From the human T2T-CHM13v2.0 reference genome, Homo sapiens, in assembly GCF_009914755.1 (NCBI RefSeq), contig NC_060928.1: a stretch of 64,000 nt of DNA, one strand, 5' to 3'. Below the pieces are notes generated by a model. The model was not told the origin of the DNA. It was given only the letters and a program-made list of their open reading frames with translations, and ran no database searches. The position numbers were made by a program, and so were the translations under genes. Positions 1-15,509 of the stretch are shown one piece after another; within the stretch, counting starts at the first letter, position 1; every line of letters begins with the position of its first letter.

Positions 1-343
<343 letters not shown>

Positions 344-1214
344 TCACAAGAGCCAGTAGGTCATAAGGTCATGTAGGGCTTTGTGTGAAATGCTGAAGTT
401 CGGATTTTATCATATGACAATGGAGAACCCTTTGAGATTTTAGTTTGTTGTAATGAACTACAAGTTTATAAATGTGTAATTGAATTTTCATTGGTATCAC
501 TTACATTTACATATCTGATTTGGAAACACAAAGTTTTAAATAAGTGATGTTGTTGAAAACATCTTTAATATATTCAGCAAAATGCAGTTTTCTTCCTGAA
601 ATACAACAAGCTTTTCTAATGATGGTTTAGAAAAATGATACTTGGTCAATATCCATTCTCCAATATTGTTTTGAGGTAGAATGTAGCCTTTGACCAACTT
701 TTGCAAAGTAATAATTTGTTATTTAATATTTAAAGTTATTAATAACCTAAGATATATATCTAGGCTAGGAACTAGAGTCTTGGTTTACTAATAACTATTT
801 TATAAATTAAAAATAACACTTTAGTTTCACTTTGATATTTCTATTTATATATCCTAGATGATGAATAATATTCCAAGTAAATGTAAGTATCAGTTAAAAT
901 ATGAAACTTCCATTGTCTGAACTTTTGATATACGTAAAACTAAAGACAGTGTAAATAATCAGAGCTGTCAATTTTTTGGCTAAAGCCTGCCTTATTATTA
1001 AGCAAAATTCTACTTAAACCAATCACATAATTCCCTATTCTGAAGTCCAACAGGCTTTGGCTTCAGAAACTTAGAGGAATATTTCAAAAGGCAAAAGGAA
1101 TCTATTGTTCCTCTGAGTCAGCTTTTCTCAGGAGATCACTGGTTCTCAGCTGCCCATTCCCGCTGCTCTTCCTTCATTCCTGAAGTTCCAGCTCTCCCTC
1201 TGGTCTTACTTCCT

Positions 1215-1930
1215 TTCAGTATTTATTTCAGAATAGGTCTGCTGATAACACATTCTTTTAGTTTTCTCCATCTAGGAATGTCTTTATTCCACTGTCACCC
1301 TTGAAGGGCATTTTCACTGGATATGGGATTCTGGGTTGAGTTGACTCTTTTCTTTCAGTACTTAACAAATGTTCACTTTCCTCTTGCTTCCATGGTTTCT
1401 AATGAGAAATGCACAGTCCTTTAAATATTGGCTCCTCCTGTATGCAATGTGTTGTTTTCCTCTGGCCACTCTCTTTCGTCTTTAGCATTTTGATTATGAT
1501 TTGGATGGACTTAGTTTTCTTTGAGTTGATCGTATTTGGGGTTTGCTGAGCCTCTTGATTCTGTAAATTTATGTCTTTCACCAAATTCTGGAAGTTTTCA
1601 GCCATTCTGTCTTCAAATATTCTTAATGCATTAATCTTCTCCCTCCAGGACTTTAGTGACTAGTGATACAGTATTTCAATGACAGTTCATATTGTCCCAC
1701 AAGCTCCATTCATTTTTTTTTAAATCTGTTTTCTTTCAGTCCTTCAGATTGGATAATTTCTGTTGGTCTGTTTTCAAGTTCACTGACTTTCCTATCTCCA
1801 TTCTGCCAGTGATTTTTTTTTTTTTTAATTTCAAATATTATAGTTTTCAGTTCTAAAATTTACATTTAAAAAATAGTTTCTATTTCTTTGCTGAGAAGGT
1901 CTCTTTTTAAAGTTGTTTTAAAGACTCTTG
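1215..1930 (-). mobile_element. Old L1M fragment (ORF1 region)
   Basis: Minus-strand ORF MAENFQNLVKDINLQNQEAQQTPNTINSKK resembles L1 ORF1p (AENFPNL...IQEAQRTP). Confidence 0.8.
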
Positions 1931-1936
1931 TAGATT

Positions 1937-2178
1937 CTGGGCACAGTGGCTCATGCCTGTAACCCAGCACTTAGGGAGGCCAAGGCAGGCGGATCTCTTG
2001 AGTCTAAGAGTTCAAGACCAGCCTGGCCAACATGGTGAAACCCCATCTCTACAAAAAAAAAAAAAAAAATTAGCCAAGTGTGGTAATGCGTGCCTGTAAT
2101 CCCAGCTACCTGGGACGCTGAGGTGGGAGGATCACCTGAGCCGGGGGGTTGAGGCTGTAGTGAGCTGTGATTATGCCA
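1937..2178 (+). mobile_element. Alu (J-like), 3'-truncated
   Basis: Left monomer, A-rich linker and partial right monomer; no tail. Confidence 0.85.
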
Positions 2179-2734
2179 GCAATGCCTATATGCTAGAAAT
2201 GGCTTTATCTCGTCCTAGTTTTTACAAGCTAAGCTGAATTCCACTCTATTCCTAAATCCCAACCACTTGGCTAGTAGTCCTGAATTACTCTTAAGACGGA
2301 GACACACAGAGGCCAACTGTGTGTGTAGAGTGACGTTACTGGCGATGTGGTCTTGTCAGGGGAAGGAGTATTCCCCCTACAGACATCTATCTAATATGAG
2401 CGGTGTGTCATCTTCAAATTGTTGTCTAATCTTACGACTGCACAAAAAATATAATTAGAATGTGTATAATACTTTCATATTTTCCAAAGTGATTGCACCA
2501 GCCTTCAACTCTTCAAATTTCTGGCCTCCATTTCAACATTCATGACTTGAGAAGTCGAATTTCTAGAAAATGCTTTTGAAAAACTCAACAGTGGAAAGAA
2601 ACAAGGCTTTTCTTTTCATCCTCATGGTTTTCGTTATTTCTGTTATGACTTCTTTTGAAACTAATATCATATGTTGTGGTTTCCGCCAGCCTCATTTGAG
2701 CCTCATAGTATTCTTATGAGCTATTTTAATAAAG

Positions 2735-2965
2735 TGATGAAAGTCTGAAGCCAGATGATCTGCGTTTAAGCCTGGCTCTGTCACGTACCAGCTGCATGGC
2801 CTTGAACAAGTTAACCTCTATCCTCCTCACTTTCCTCATCGGTAAACGGGGATAATAATAATACCTCTCTCACCGGGTTGTTGCAAGTAGTAATTGAATA
2901 GTAAAACACTTAAATGGTGTCTGGCACAGAGAAAGAGCTGAATAATTAATTAGACATTATTATTA
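2735..2965 (+). mobile_element. MIR
   Basis: MIR core ttgaacaagttaacctct...tttcctcatcggtaaacggggataataata. Confidence 0.75.
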
Positions 2966-3895
2966 GTTTTCGGCAGGTGTTATTTTCTTCTCGCTGTGGA
3001 TAACTGAGAAACAGAAGGTCAAGTGACTTGCCTGATGCCGAATGTTATGTCAGAGCCTCCTGCCTCCTTGTCCAGTGTTCATCCTGCTGTAGGCAGGAAG
3101 TGGGGAAGGGTCCAGAGGACATTTCTGCAGAGGATGAGGTGGGAGGCAGGGTCTATGAAGCTATGTTTGGGGGAAGAACTCGTATAAATAGCATCTCACA
3201 CAGGGTGAGCTAACAGTTTATGCCAGATGAGAAGTGGATAAATGATTTCACAAATTAAGTAGCTCCTGAGAGACTAGTGTGTTATTTAAAACAAAACACA
3301 CCTCTTCTCCCTCCCCCGGTGAGTTATTCTGGTAGACATTGGTAGGTTTTTTGGAAGAGATCTGCCTGGCAAAGAAATGGCTATTTAGTACAGCCAGCTT
3401 TCTCTTGCTGCTGTCAGTTTCTCAAATCCCTCTTAACTGCATTTTAAAATTCAAATTATCATATTTTAAGGGGCTCGTTAGGGCTTTTAAAAAATTCAAA
3501 TGCCACCTAACTGAGGAACATTCAGCCAGGAGTGACTGACGTGACCACTCAGTAATTCTGGCCTTAGCATCTGTGGCTGAGCCATGAGATATCACATTAG
3601 AGCCCAGCAAATATTAATAACTTTCCAAAATCAGGTTCTTTCCACAGAAGCCTCCCTGCATCACTTCTATACATTTTCATCTCATTCCGTTCTTTCTTGC
3701 ACCGTGAAGCCTGGGGTACACACATGCTCCTGTGACAGATTTATTTATGGTTCTGCCCAGCACTGATGTCTCTGAAAACCAAAACAGGGTCTGGGAAGGA
3801 AAGATGGGGTTGACTGGATGGTTGTGTTTGAAGCCCGATTGCAGTTTGGCTGGGTCAAGTTATTTTGACCCTTCCAGTCCACTGAACCATGCTCA

Positions 3896-4402
<507 letters not shown>

Positions 4403-5224
4403 GCAGCCTCTAAGAGCCACAGGAGGATTTTTAAATACAATGAGGCCACATGAAATAATAGTTTAATAAGGGTTTTAGTTCCTTCCAGAAATGACAACAC
4501 ACCATACTAGTTTCAAAAAAAGTCATTAATAGAAATAATGAAAAACAGGCTGAAAAAAACCACCTTGTTTCTTTCCACTATTTGGTTTTTAAAAAGCATT
4601 TTCTAGACATTCTAGAAATTCTGCTTCTCAGGACATGAGGTTGAAATGGACGCCTGAAATTTGAATGAGCTGAAGGCCTTTTCCTGAGGGTGCAGTGATA
4701 ATGTTTTGCCCCAGTAACTATCTCTTTCAATTTGGTATAACCCAGTTGTCTTTAAGTGTCTTCCAGTAACATCTAGAGCAAAAAGCCTAGGAAATGTACC
4801 CTTCGAGTTAAAAATTCCTGGGCTGACTTCACATAGATGACATTCTCTCTCATTATCTGTCTGAAAAACAGGAATGATGACATTTGACTTGTCTTAACCC
4901 AGTCCAGCAGGAATGCTGGGAGACACAACAGCATGCAGTGTTTATTTTTCCTGCTGCTTTGCATTCCAGTGTCCTTGCCATTTTCTCCATATGCGCTGAT
5001 ATCACAGTGAAAGATCATCACACCCTGCCAGGCATTTTGCTGGAGGTATATAACATGTTCTCTTGCAGGTAAATTTCATAGCTTCCAGCCAGAATTGCTT
5101 TTTTGGAAAATGAAATTTTTCCAGGTGAAGATAAGAAAACTTAAATAATTAATATTAAGCAATTTTAACAGCTTGAGGAAAACCAAAGATTATAACCTGT
5201 GATGAGATGGTGCAGCAGATGTGA

Positions 5225-5514
5225 TTTTTGAGACAGAGTCTCATTCTGTTACCCAGGCTGGAGTACAGTGGTGTGATCTAGGCTCACTGCAAACTCCACC
5301 TCTCAGGTTCAAGCGATTCTCCTGCCTCAGCCTCCTAGTAGCTGGGGATTACAGACGCCCACCATCACGCCTGGCTAATTTTTGTATTTTTTTCAGTAGA
5401 GATGGGCTTTCACCATTTTGACCAGGTTTGTCTCAAACTCCTGACCACAGGTGATCCGCCCACCTCAGCCTCCCAAAGTGCTGGGATTACAGGCATGAGC
5501 CACTGCGCCCAGCC
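5225..5514 (-). mobile_element. AluS
   Basis: Full reverse-strand Alu with gatgtga flanks. Confidence 0.92.
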
Positions 5515-6066
5515 TGGATGTGAATTTTTTAGCCACCTGCAGCCTCTAGGATTAGGCAGATTGAGAAAACAACAAGATGTCACCATTAAAGCCAGAACTT
5601 AGACATTTCAAGGACATTATGAACCTCACTCACTTGTGAAGTACCTCTGATGGTCCGACTCCAAGATAGGCAGATTGTGGAGAAATAAATATTTCCCTAG
5701 TCATTGTGATTACATTCCTAATGGACCTTCTCTGGTGCTGATACTGAAATAGTACAAAAAGTTGTCAGTACCTTTCAATTCTGTTGGTCAAAAATATGTT
5801 TTTCCTTTTTTTGTGTGTGTGTTTTTTTTTTCCTTTAAAATGAACATATACTTCCAACATAGAAGTTGTAACCTTTATATTTAACCAAGTTTCCAGTTGA
5901 AGCCAGTTTGGGGTGTGCATGTGTGTGCATGTGTCTATATGCGTGTGTGTGTATATACACACACACCAATTATATATATAGTATGCATGTGTGTATGTAC
6001 ATACAGAGAATTTTTGAGCTGGGGCCTTTTTAGCAGTAAAAAAAAAAAAGTAAGTTTTAACTAAAA

Positions 6067-6236
6067 AAGATTGTCTTCTTTCCATCTAGCTATTTTAGGC
6101 TAAGAGAAAAATGAAAGACTAATTACAAAAACCGTGGAGTTTAATTTCTGTTGTGCAAAAGAAGCAGTAGACAATATAAATGAATTCAAACTAGAAGCCA
6201 CTAAGACATTTACTTCCTTCCTTCAGTTAAATATAT
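6067..6236 (+). repeat. Donor copy of a 170-bp local duplication (second copy at 13235-13408)
   Basis: Direct comparison: identical except one substitution (gacatTtac vs gacatGtac) and a 4-bp GCTT indel. Confidence 0.95.
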
Positions 6237-6728
6237 TGGGTATTTGCTTCACTGTTTTATAAGTATGGAAATATGTGATTAAGGTGTCAAATTGCACAGC
6301 TCTGGTAACTGGAGACAGGGGAGGTAGAACAAGGGGCTGACTTTCTGATAAAGGTCTTGCTGTCAATTTCTAATGATTGTACAAGGGTGGCCCCTAAAGT
6401 GAGGCTGACTTGAGTTCACTTCACCTCACAATGTCTTAGTTTCCTCCCTTATTATAGGTAGATAAAACAGTATCTACTATAAGATTGCTGGGAAGACTAA
6501 GTAACATAATCAGTGTAGAGTTTCTCCATATGTATGGCACATATCAACTGCTCTACAAATGGTAGCTACAATTAATATTCAACTCAGCTCTAAGACCTTG
6601 GGCCAATCCCTTAATTCCTCTGACTCTTGGCCTATTTGTAAAATAAGAATACTGTTTACTCTACCTGCCTACTTACCCATAGTATTGTCATGAGGATCAA
6701 ATGAGAACATGTCTTAAAAGGACTTTTA

Positions 6729-7052
<324 letters not shown>

Positions 7053-7326
7053 CAGAAGACAAAGCTGTACATAGCATGACACAATGGAAAACATTACAAG
7101 GTTGTGTGTAATCAAGTGTTGGTGTGTGAGGTTTAGAGAAAGGCAATGGTAGACCCTTAGGGAAAGAAGGCTATTATGGCATAATATTGGGGGACACTCC
7201 ATATAGAGAAGGGGGAGGATATTCAGCTGAGCCTTGAAGATGACAGAAGGTGGCTGGGGGAGGTGACTTCTGCTTCCACTGGCACCTCCTGTTGGCTGAT
7301 CTTTGCGGTCTTATCTGTCATTTCAG

Positions 7327-7599
7327 GCTGAGCTCATTGGAAGTCTCACCCACAAGCTGGAGACCCTCCAGGAGGCGAAGGGGAGCCTGCTCACGGACAT
7401 CAAGCTCAACAACGCCCTGGGAGAAGAGGTGGAGGCTCTGATCAGCGAGCTCTGCAAGCCCAATGAGTTTGACAAGTATAGGATGTTCATAGGGGATTTG
7501 GACAAGGTGGTCAACCTGCTGCTCTCCCTCTCGGGGCGTCTAGCCCGTGTTGAGAATGTCCTTAGCGGCCTTGGTGAAGATGCCAGTAATGAAGAAAGG
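7327..7599 (+). CDS. SHROOM3: SHROOM3 penultimate coding exon (ASD2/SD2 domain), 273 nt, phase 0-0
   Basis: Acceptor tttcAG at 7325-7326 and donor AGG|GTAGGT at 7600. Translates [19 protein letters not shown]...[44 protein letters not shown], containing the Shroom-family SD2 signature [13 protein letters not shown]. Confidence 0.96.
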
Positions 7600-7668
7600 G
7601 TAGGTGGCCTAGTGATGCAGTTCAACAAGTTCTCCCTCAAAGCCCACATACATAGAGAGGCGCCATTA

Positions 7669-8110
<442 letters not shown>

Positions 8111-8791
8111 TCATGGAATTCTTGGGAAAGTAAGAACCACAGGCACCAGAGTTTCTTTCCTCCCAACTGTCTTCCTTCCTTTCTTTCCCAAAAAGATAAA
8201 AACATCATGAATACATTAAAACAGGGAGGGGGCAGGAACATAGGCTTAAGGCTCCAGGGCATCTCACATGAGGGGCCACAGGCACTCAGTGAGGACGCAC
8301 CAGGGTGTCTCCACTGCACCCCCTCCTCGAAGGGAGGGTACAGGGGGACAGGTAACAGTGCTGACCCCACTGGAGACAATTCACCAAGAGCTTCCACCTG
8401 TCAGGCACTGTGAGCTTATGCGCAGTCTCATGGAATCCTCACAACAGCCCAGTGAGGGAGCTAGGATAGGAGGAGTCCTACTGCAGACTCCAAGTTGTAT
8501 CACCGCATTGAACAGAATTCCAGAGCTATAGAGCATTCTTCATCCACTCCTCTGTACGGCAAATAGTTACTGGGGGTCTAGCGTGTGTCACTTAGTGGTC
8601 TAGGCACATGGGATACATTTGTGAGCAAAGCAGACAGATCCTACCCTCCTGATACTGAACAACAAACAGTAGACACAATTATTTTATATATATGTGCACA
8701 CAGTATGTGTGTGTATGTGTATATACATGCTAGAAGATGGAAACTACTCCAGCCGTGAAGAGGGGCTCCTTTTCTTGCCTATGCTACCATC

Positions 8792-9104
8792 TTTTTTCTT
8801 TTTCTTTTTTTTTTTTTTTTTTGAGACAGAGTCTCACTCCGTCACCCAGGCTTGAGTGCAGTGGCGCAATCTAAGCTCACTGCAACCTCTGGCTCCCGTA
8901 TTCATGCCATTCTCATGCCTCGGCCTCCCAAGTAGCTGAGATTACAGGTGCGCACCACCATGCCCAGCTAATTTTTGTATTTTTAGTAGAGACGGGGTTT
9001 TACCATATTGGCCAGGCTGGTCTCGAACTCCTGACCTCAGGTGATCCACCTGCCTTGGCCTCGCAAAGTGCTGGGGTTACAGGCGTGAGCCACCATGCCC
9101 AGCC
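8792..9104 (-). mobile_element. AluS
   Basis: Poly-T then reverse Alu; taccatcttt flanks. Confidence 0.92.
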
Positions 9105-9795
9105 TACCATACCATCTTTCTTTTTCATTGCTCTCATGAATTCTCCAATAATTTCTCCTAATACATTGCATTAAAAGGAAAGAGGTCCTTTTTCAAATAG
9201 ATTTTAAAAGGATTAGAAAAAGTCTGGATCCTAAACATTTAGGAAAGTGACTCAGCATTTAGGAACTCTGCAGCGCCACTCTCAGCATCTTCCTCGTGTA
9301 AATGTGCTGAGTCAGCTTCCTTATCTAGAAATAGTCTGATACTACCTAACTCAGAAGTGTGTCCTGTCCTCCTTTCTTCCACTCGACAAACAGCTAACAG
9401 TAGCCTGTCAAATATGAGGTGCTGTGTCTGCTGGGGACAAATGCTGACTAAAACACAGGCCCTGCTCTCCAGGAACTCACAACTTATGGAGGAAAGCAGT
9501 ATGGAGGAGCAATTGTGTGCTGGTGCTGAGCATAATGAGAAACTCAGCCACCAAACACTTCTCAGGTGGGGGAGCGTAAGGCAGGAAGGACTTCACGCAG
9601 TGACACATGAATACAGTTTAGAAGAACCTCTTAATTCTAAGAGGACTGAGAGGGGAAGGGCCTCACCATTTAGAAGAAATACCATAGACAAAGTCAAGAA
9701 AGAGATGCCATGTTTAAGAATTGATTTGCATGTGGTTTGGTATGTCTAGAACATACAGTGATTGCTTGGTTTTGTTTTTAAAAATAGTGAGCTAA

Positions 9796-10095
<300 letters not shown>

Positions 10096-12044
10096 CTATG
10101 GGAATATTAGAAACTGACAGAAAGTACATGGCCCCATCAAAAGAGATAAAGAAGAAAGTTCAAAGAAGGTGTGGGAAGGATTAAGGGGGAAACCAGGAAG
10201 GGGTAATGAGGGCTCGCCCCTTGTCCCTCACCCAGAGCTATAGCATCAGCAGCAAAGCCATTATGGGCCTCTTTCTGAAGGGACAAGGAGAAGGGAGCCC
10301 TGATCAGAACCATAGCTGCAGCTGCCCTATAGCACTGAGGCCCTGGTAAAAGAATGCAACTGCCACCAACTCGAAGCCTGGCACAGAGGCAGCCAGGGAT
10401 ACATGCCACAGTTTCTTTTCGCACTCTCCAGTCTCTTTTCCATCACTCCCCTTGGTCAAACCCAGACAGCAAGGGAGCCCAGTGGATGCAACCCCTAGAG
10501 TTCAGCTTCCTTCAGCACAGGGCAGAGAAGAGTGGACCTGGAGAGGCAGACACAATATCCAGCACAGAAAATCATCACAAAGACCTTACCACAGTCATAC
10601 ACTAGACTTTAGACTTCAGCCTATAGGTAGGGAAGAGTCATGAACTAACTTTGTGACTTACTCAGCCTGGGGAGGGGCAAGATTGATGTTAAAATAACAG
10701 TTGGGAGGCTCATTTTAATAGTCTAAACAAGGAGGGTTTATGCTGTTGATGTAGGCAATTGTCCTGGGGGTAGAGAAGAGGGGATAAATTAGAGAATGAA
10801 TTTGTATTAGCAAGGGGCATGTTAGATGAGGGGAAGGGTAGAGCAGAAAATAATTCCAAGTTTCCTATTGGGCCACCTGGATGAATGCTCTAGATATCTG
10901 AGACAAGAAAGACTGGAGCAGTTTCTAGTTAGGGCAAGATAAATTGTTTTAGAACCGAATTAAATTCAACACTTACATGCATGCCTGCACTCTTAAATAC
11001 AAGTAAGTTTGCTCACCCAAAAAATACTATAGCAGTATTGTTTTTTTATCATGATTGGTCTTTGTTAAGAAACTAAAACTATAAGTAGAAATGAGAAAAG
11101 GAAGAAAAATAGTTACCAAATGGGGAGTAGTGAAGACCAGGATTGGGGAGGAGTATCTATAAGGCTTTAACTGAATCTCTAAAAAAAATTTTTTTAATCT
11201 GCAGCCAATATGAAAAAAGTGTTCATATTAAGATTTGGCACCATTAATGATAGGTACACAGAGTGATTCTTTATACATTACTGATGTCTAAAATATTTTA
11301 TATATTTTTTAAGGTAGGTGATGAAAAAATTCTCAATTTTTTAACTTACATCTCAATGATACTTTGAAAGGCATCCTCATTCAAATTCAGTCCCTCAGGG
11401 TTTTTTGGGGTTTTTTTTTTGTTTTTTTTTTTTTTAAGGTATGTTTTTCTGCTTAGGGAAAGGAAACTTATGCCAATAAGCCTGTAATTCTTCACTTTTC
11501 CCCCAGGCATTATTATGTAAGATGTGACAGGCTAGTTTAGGGGGATTTAGGGCAAAGACACATGAGTCTTTGATAACCCTACATAAGCTATTTTGTATTG
11601 AGGTATACTTAAGTGATCTTATTTCTTGATTGATTTTCATTTTAATTTTCCACAATCACTTTTTTTTTATTTCAATAGGTTTTTGGGGAACAGGTGGTGT
11701 TTTGTTACATTGATAAATTCTTAGTGGCGATTTCTGTGATTTTGGTGCCTCCATCACCCGAGCACTGTACACTGTACCCGATGTGTAGTCTTTTATCCCT
11801 CACCCACCTCCCACCCTTCCCGCTGAGTCCCCGAAGTCCTTTGTATCCTTCTTATGCCTTTGCATCCTCAATAGCTTAGCATCCACTTAAAACTGAGAAC
11901 ATAAAACGTTTGGTTTTCCATTCCTGAGTCACTTCACTTAGAATAATGGTCTCCAACTCCATCCAGGTTGCTGTAAATGCCATTATTTTGTTCTTTTTTA
12001 TGGCTGAGTAGTAGTCCATGGGGTGTGTGTGTGTGTGTGTGTGT

Positions 12045-12895
12045 AAACCACAATGTGATACCACCTTACTCCTGCAAGAATGGCAATAAAAAAAAATACA
12101 TGTTGGCATGGATGTGGTGAAAAGGGAACACTTTTACACTGCTGGTGGGAATGTAAACTAGTACAACCACTATGGAAAACAGTATGGAGATTCCTTAAAG
12201 AACTAAAAGTACATCTATCATTTGATCCAGCAGTCCCACTACTGGGTATCTATCCAGAGGAAAGAAGTAATTATATGGAAAAGACACTTGCACACTCATA
12301 TTTATAGCAGTACAATTTGCAACTGCAAAAAAGGGAACCAGCCCAAATGCCCATCAATTAACAAGTGAATAAAGAAAATGTGTGTGTGTGTATATATACA
12401 TAACATATTTGTATATGTGTATATACACATATATACACATACTATATATATACACACACCATATATATGTGTACATACACATATATACACATATATATAC
12501 ACACATACTATATATATACACACACACACACACATACATATATACACACATACCACATTTTCTTTATCCACTTGTTAATTGATGGGCATTTGGGCTGGTT
12601 CCCTTTTTTGCAGTTGCAAATTGTGCTGCTATAAACATGGGTGTGCAAGTTTCTTTTCCATATAATTACTTCTTTTCTCTGGATAGATACCCAGTAGTGG
12701 GATTGCAGGATCAAATGATAGATGTACTTTTCATTCTTTAAGGAATCTCCATACTGTTTTCCATAGTGGTTGTGCTAGTTTACATCCCCACCAGCAATGT
12801 AAAAGTGTTCCCTTTTCACCATATCCATGCCAACATATATTAGTTTTTGATTATGGCCATTCTTGCAGGAGTAAGGTGGTATTGCATTGTGGTTT
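12045..12895. repeat. Inverted repeat: ~340-bp arms (12045-12382 and 12554-12895) around a TA/CA microsatellite
   Basis: The arms are reverse complements with roughly 93% identity by manual alignment. Confidence 0.93.
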
Positions 12896-13234
12896 TGATT
12901 TGCATTTCCCTGATAGAAATGTTCAGCAGTTTTTCACGTTTGTTGACCATTTGTCCATCTTCTTTTGAGAATTGTCTATTAATGTCCTTTGCCCACTTTT
13001 TGATGGGATTTTTTCTTGCTGATTTATTTGTAGATTCTGGATATTAGTTCTTTGTTGGATACATAGTTTGCAAAGATTTTCTCCCACTCTGTGGGTTGTC
13101 TGTTTACTCTGCTGTTTTTATTTTGCTGTGCAAAAGCTCTTTAGTTTAATTAAGTCCTATCTATTTATCTTTGTTTTTGTTGCATTCCCTTTTGGATTCT
13201 TTGTCATGAACTCTTTGCCGAAGCCAATGCCTAG

Positions 13235-13408
13235 AAGATTGTCTTCTTTCCATCTAGCTATTTTAGGCTAAGAGAAAAATGAAAGACTAATTACAAAAAC
13301 CGTGGAGTTTAATTTCTGTTGTGCAAAAGAAGCAGTAGACGCTTAATATAAATGAATTCAAACTAGAAGCCACTAAGACATGTACTTCCTTCCTTCAGTT
13401 AAATATAT
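13235..13408 (+). repeat. Acceptor copy of the 170-bp duplication, inserted in L1 ORF2
   Basis: Non-L1 sequence matching 6067-6236 interrupts L1 between ...ctagaag and cttctagaattttt... Confidence 0.95.
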
Positions 13409-14708
13409 CTTCTAGAATTTTTATGGCTTTAGGTCTTAGATTTAAGTCCTTGATCCATCTTGAATAGATTTTTGTGTAAGGTGAGAGATGAGGATCTACT
13501 TTCATTCTTCTACATGTGGCTTACCAATTATTCCAGCACCATTTGTTGAATAGGGTGACCTTTCTTCACTTTGTTTTTGTTTGCTTTCTCGAAGATCAGT
13601 TGGCTGTAAGTATTTGGCTTTATTTCTGGGTTCTCTATTCTGTTCCATTGCTCTATATGCCTGTTTTTACACTAATACCATGCTGTTTTGGTGACTGTGG
13701 CCTTGTAGTATAGTTTGAAGTTGGGTAACGTGATGCCTCCAGATTTGTTCTTTTTGCTTAGTCTTGCTTTGGCTATGCGGGCTCTTTTTTGGTTCCATAT
13801 GAATTTTAGGATTGTTTTTTCTAGTTCTGTGAAGAATGATGGCGGTATTTTGATGGGAATTGCATTGAATTTGTAGACTGCTTTTGACAGTATGGTCATT
13901 TTCACAATATTGACTCTACCCATCCATGAGCACAGGATATGTTTCCATTTGTGTGTGTCATCTATGATTTCTTTCAGCAGTGTTTTATAGTTTTCCTTGC
14001 AGAGGTCTTTAACCTCCTTGATTAGGTATATTCCTAAGTATTTTATTTTTTTGCAGCTATTGTGAAAGTGGTTGAGTTCTTGATTTTATTCTCAGCTTGG
14101 TCGCTGTTGGTGTATAGCAGTGCTACTTATTTGTGTACATTGATTTTGTATCCTGAGACTTTACTGAATTCATTTATTAGATCTAGGAGCTTTTTGGATA
14201 GTCTTCAGGGTTTTCTAGGTATAGGATCATATCGTTGGCAAACAGCAACAGTTTGGCTTCCTCTTTACCAATTTGGATGCCCTTTCTTTCTTTCTCTTGT
14301 CTGACTGCTCTGGCTAGACCTTTTAGTACAATGTTGAATAGCAGTGGTGAAAGTGAGCACCCTTGTCTTGTTCCAGTTCTCAGGGGGAATGCTTTCAACT
14401 TTTCCTTGTTCAGTATAATGTTGGCTGTGGGTTTGTCTCCTCAGTTACTTTGCCTAAAATGTCTGAATGGTTAAATATAATTTTTTTAATTTAAAAATGA
14501 TCATGTTGGAGAGAAAACCACATTAAAGATAACATATGCTACAATATCATAGAAAAGCATAAGAAACTCTTAGAATATGACATTGCCGTCATTGTTGAAC
14601 AGAATTTCTCTCATTTTGGATCAGAGGCCTGCAAAAGAGAACTGAAAAAATGGAAACTGGCTTCTTTAGAGATGGGAAATATGATCTCATTGCTATTATG
14701 GATTAGGG

Positions 14709-14891
14709 AGAGGTTCTCAAACTTTAGCCGCAAAAGAATCATCTGGAAGGCTTGTTAAAACAGGTTGCTGGGCCTCACCTCCAGAGTTTTTTATTCAAGA
14801 GGTGGAAGAGGGCCTGAACCCTTGCATTTCTAACAATTTCCCAGGTGATGCCACTGCTGCTGGTCCAGCAACCACACCTTGAGAACCACCG
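14709..14891. mobile_element. MER5A (hAT-Charlie MITE)
   Basis: ggttctcaaacttt...gaatcatctggaaggcttgttaaaaca...ttgagaaccac with terminal inverted repeats. Confidence 0.8.
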
Positions 14892-14923
14892 TATTCATGT
14901 ATATACTCAAGGTACCTTGATGA

Positions 14924-15235
<312 letters not shown>

Positions 15236-15509
15236 TAAAGTCAAGAATCTGAAAGCAATTTTATCTCCAGCCAATTTAATGTAACAGCTCTCAAACTGAA
15301 GCTATCCTATGATGTTACAATTTAGAGAATGCTGTAATATGTAATATAAGGATAATCTGATTTTCAAAAAGTTAGCCTCCTTACTTAGGAGTGACAATAG
15401 GAATAGAGCTTAGATATTTCCCAGTCCTGTCAGAGGTGTCCTTGCAGGGAGTCTGGCTCTTTTCTCCCTTTCCCTGGCCTTCATTGATCTGTCCAATTTT
15501 CCCTGGCAG

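Larger units (their letters stand above)
11660..14436 (-). mobile_element. 5'-truncated L1 (L1PB-like) in the last SHROOM3 intron, carrying two secondary templated insertions
   Basis: L1PB-type 3' UTR at 11660-12020. Minus-strand ORF2 peptides include [26 protein letters not shown] and [22 protein letters not shown]. Degenerate TSD tccacaatcactt / tcctcagttactt. Confidence 0.9.

Noticed and set aside
12302-12714. Multiple His/Thr/Tyr/Ile or Cys/Val-rich ORFs
   Set aside because: Translation of the TA/CA microsatellite.
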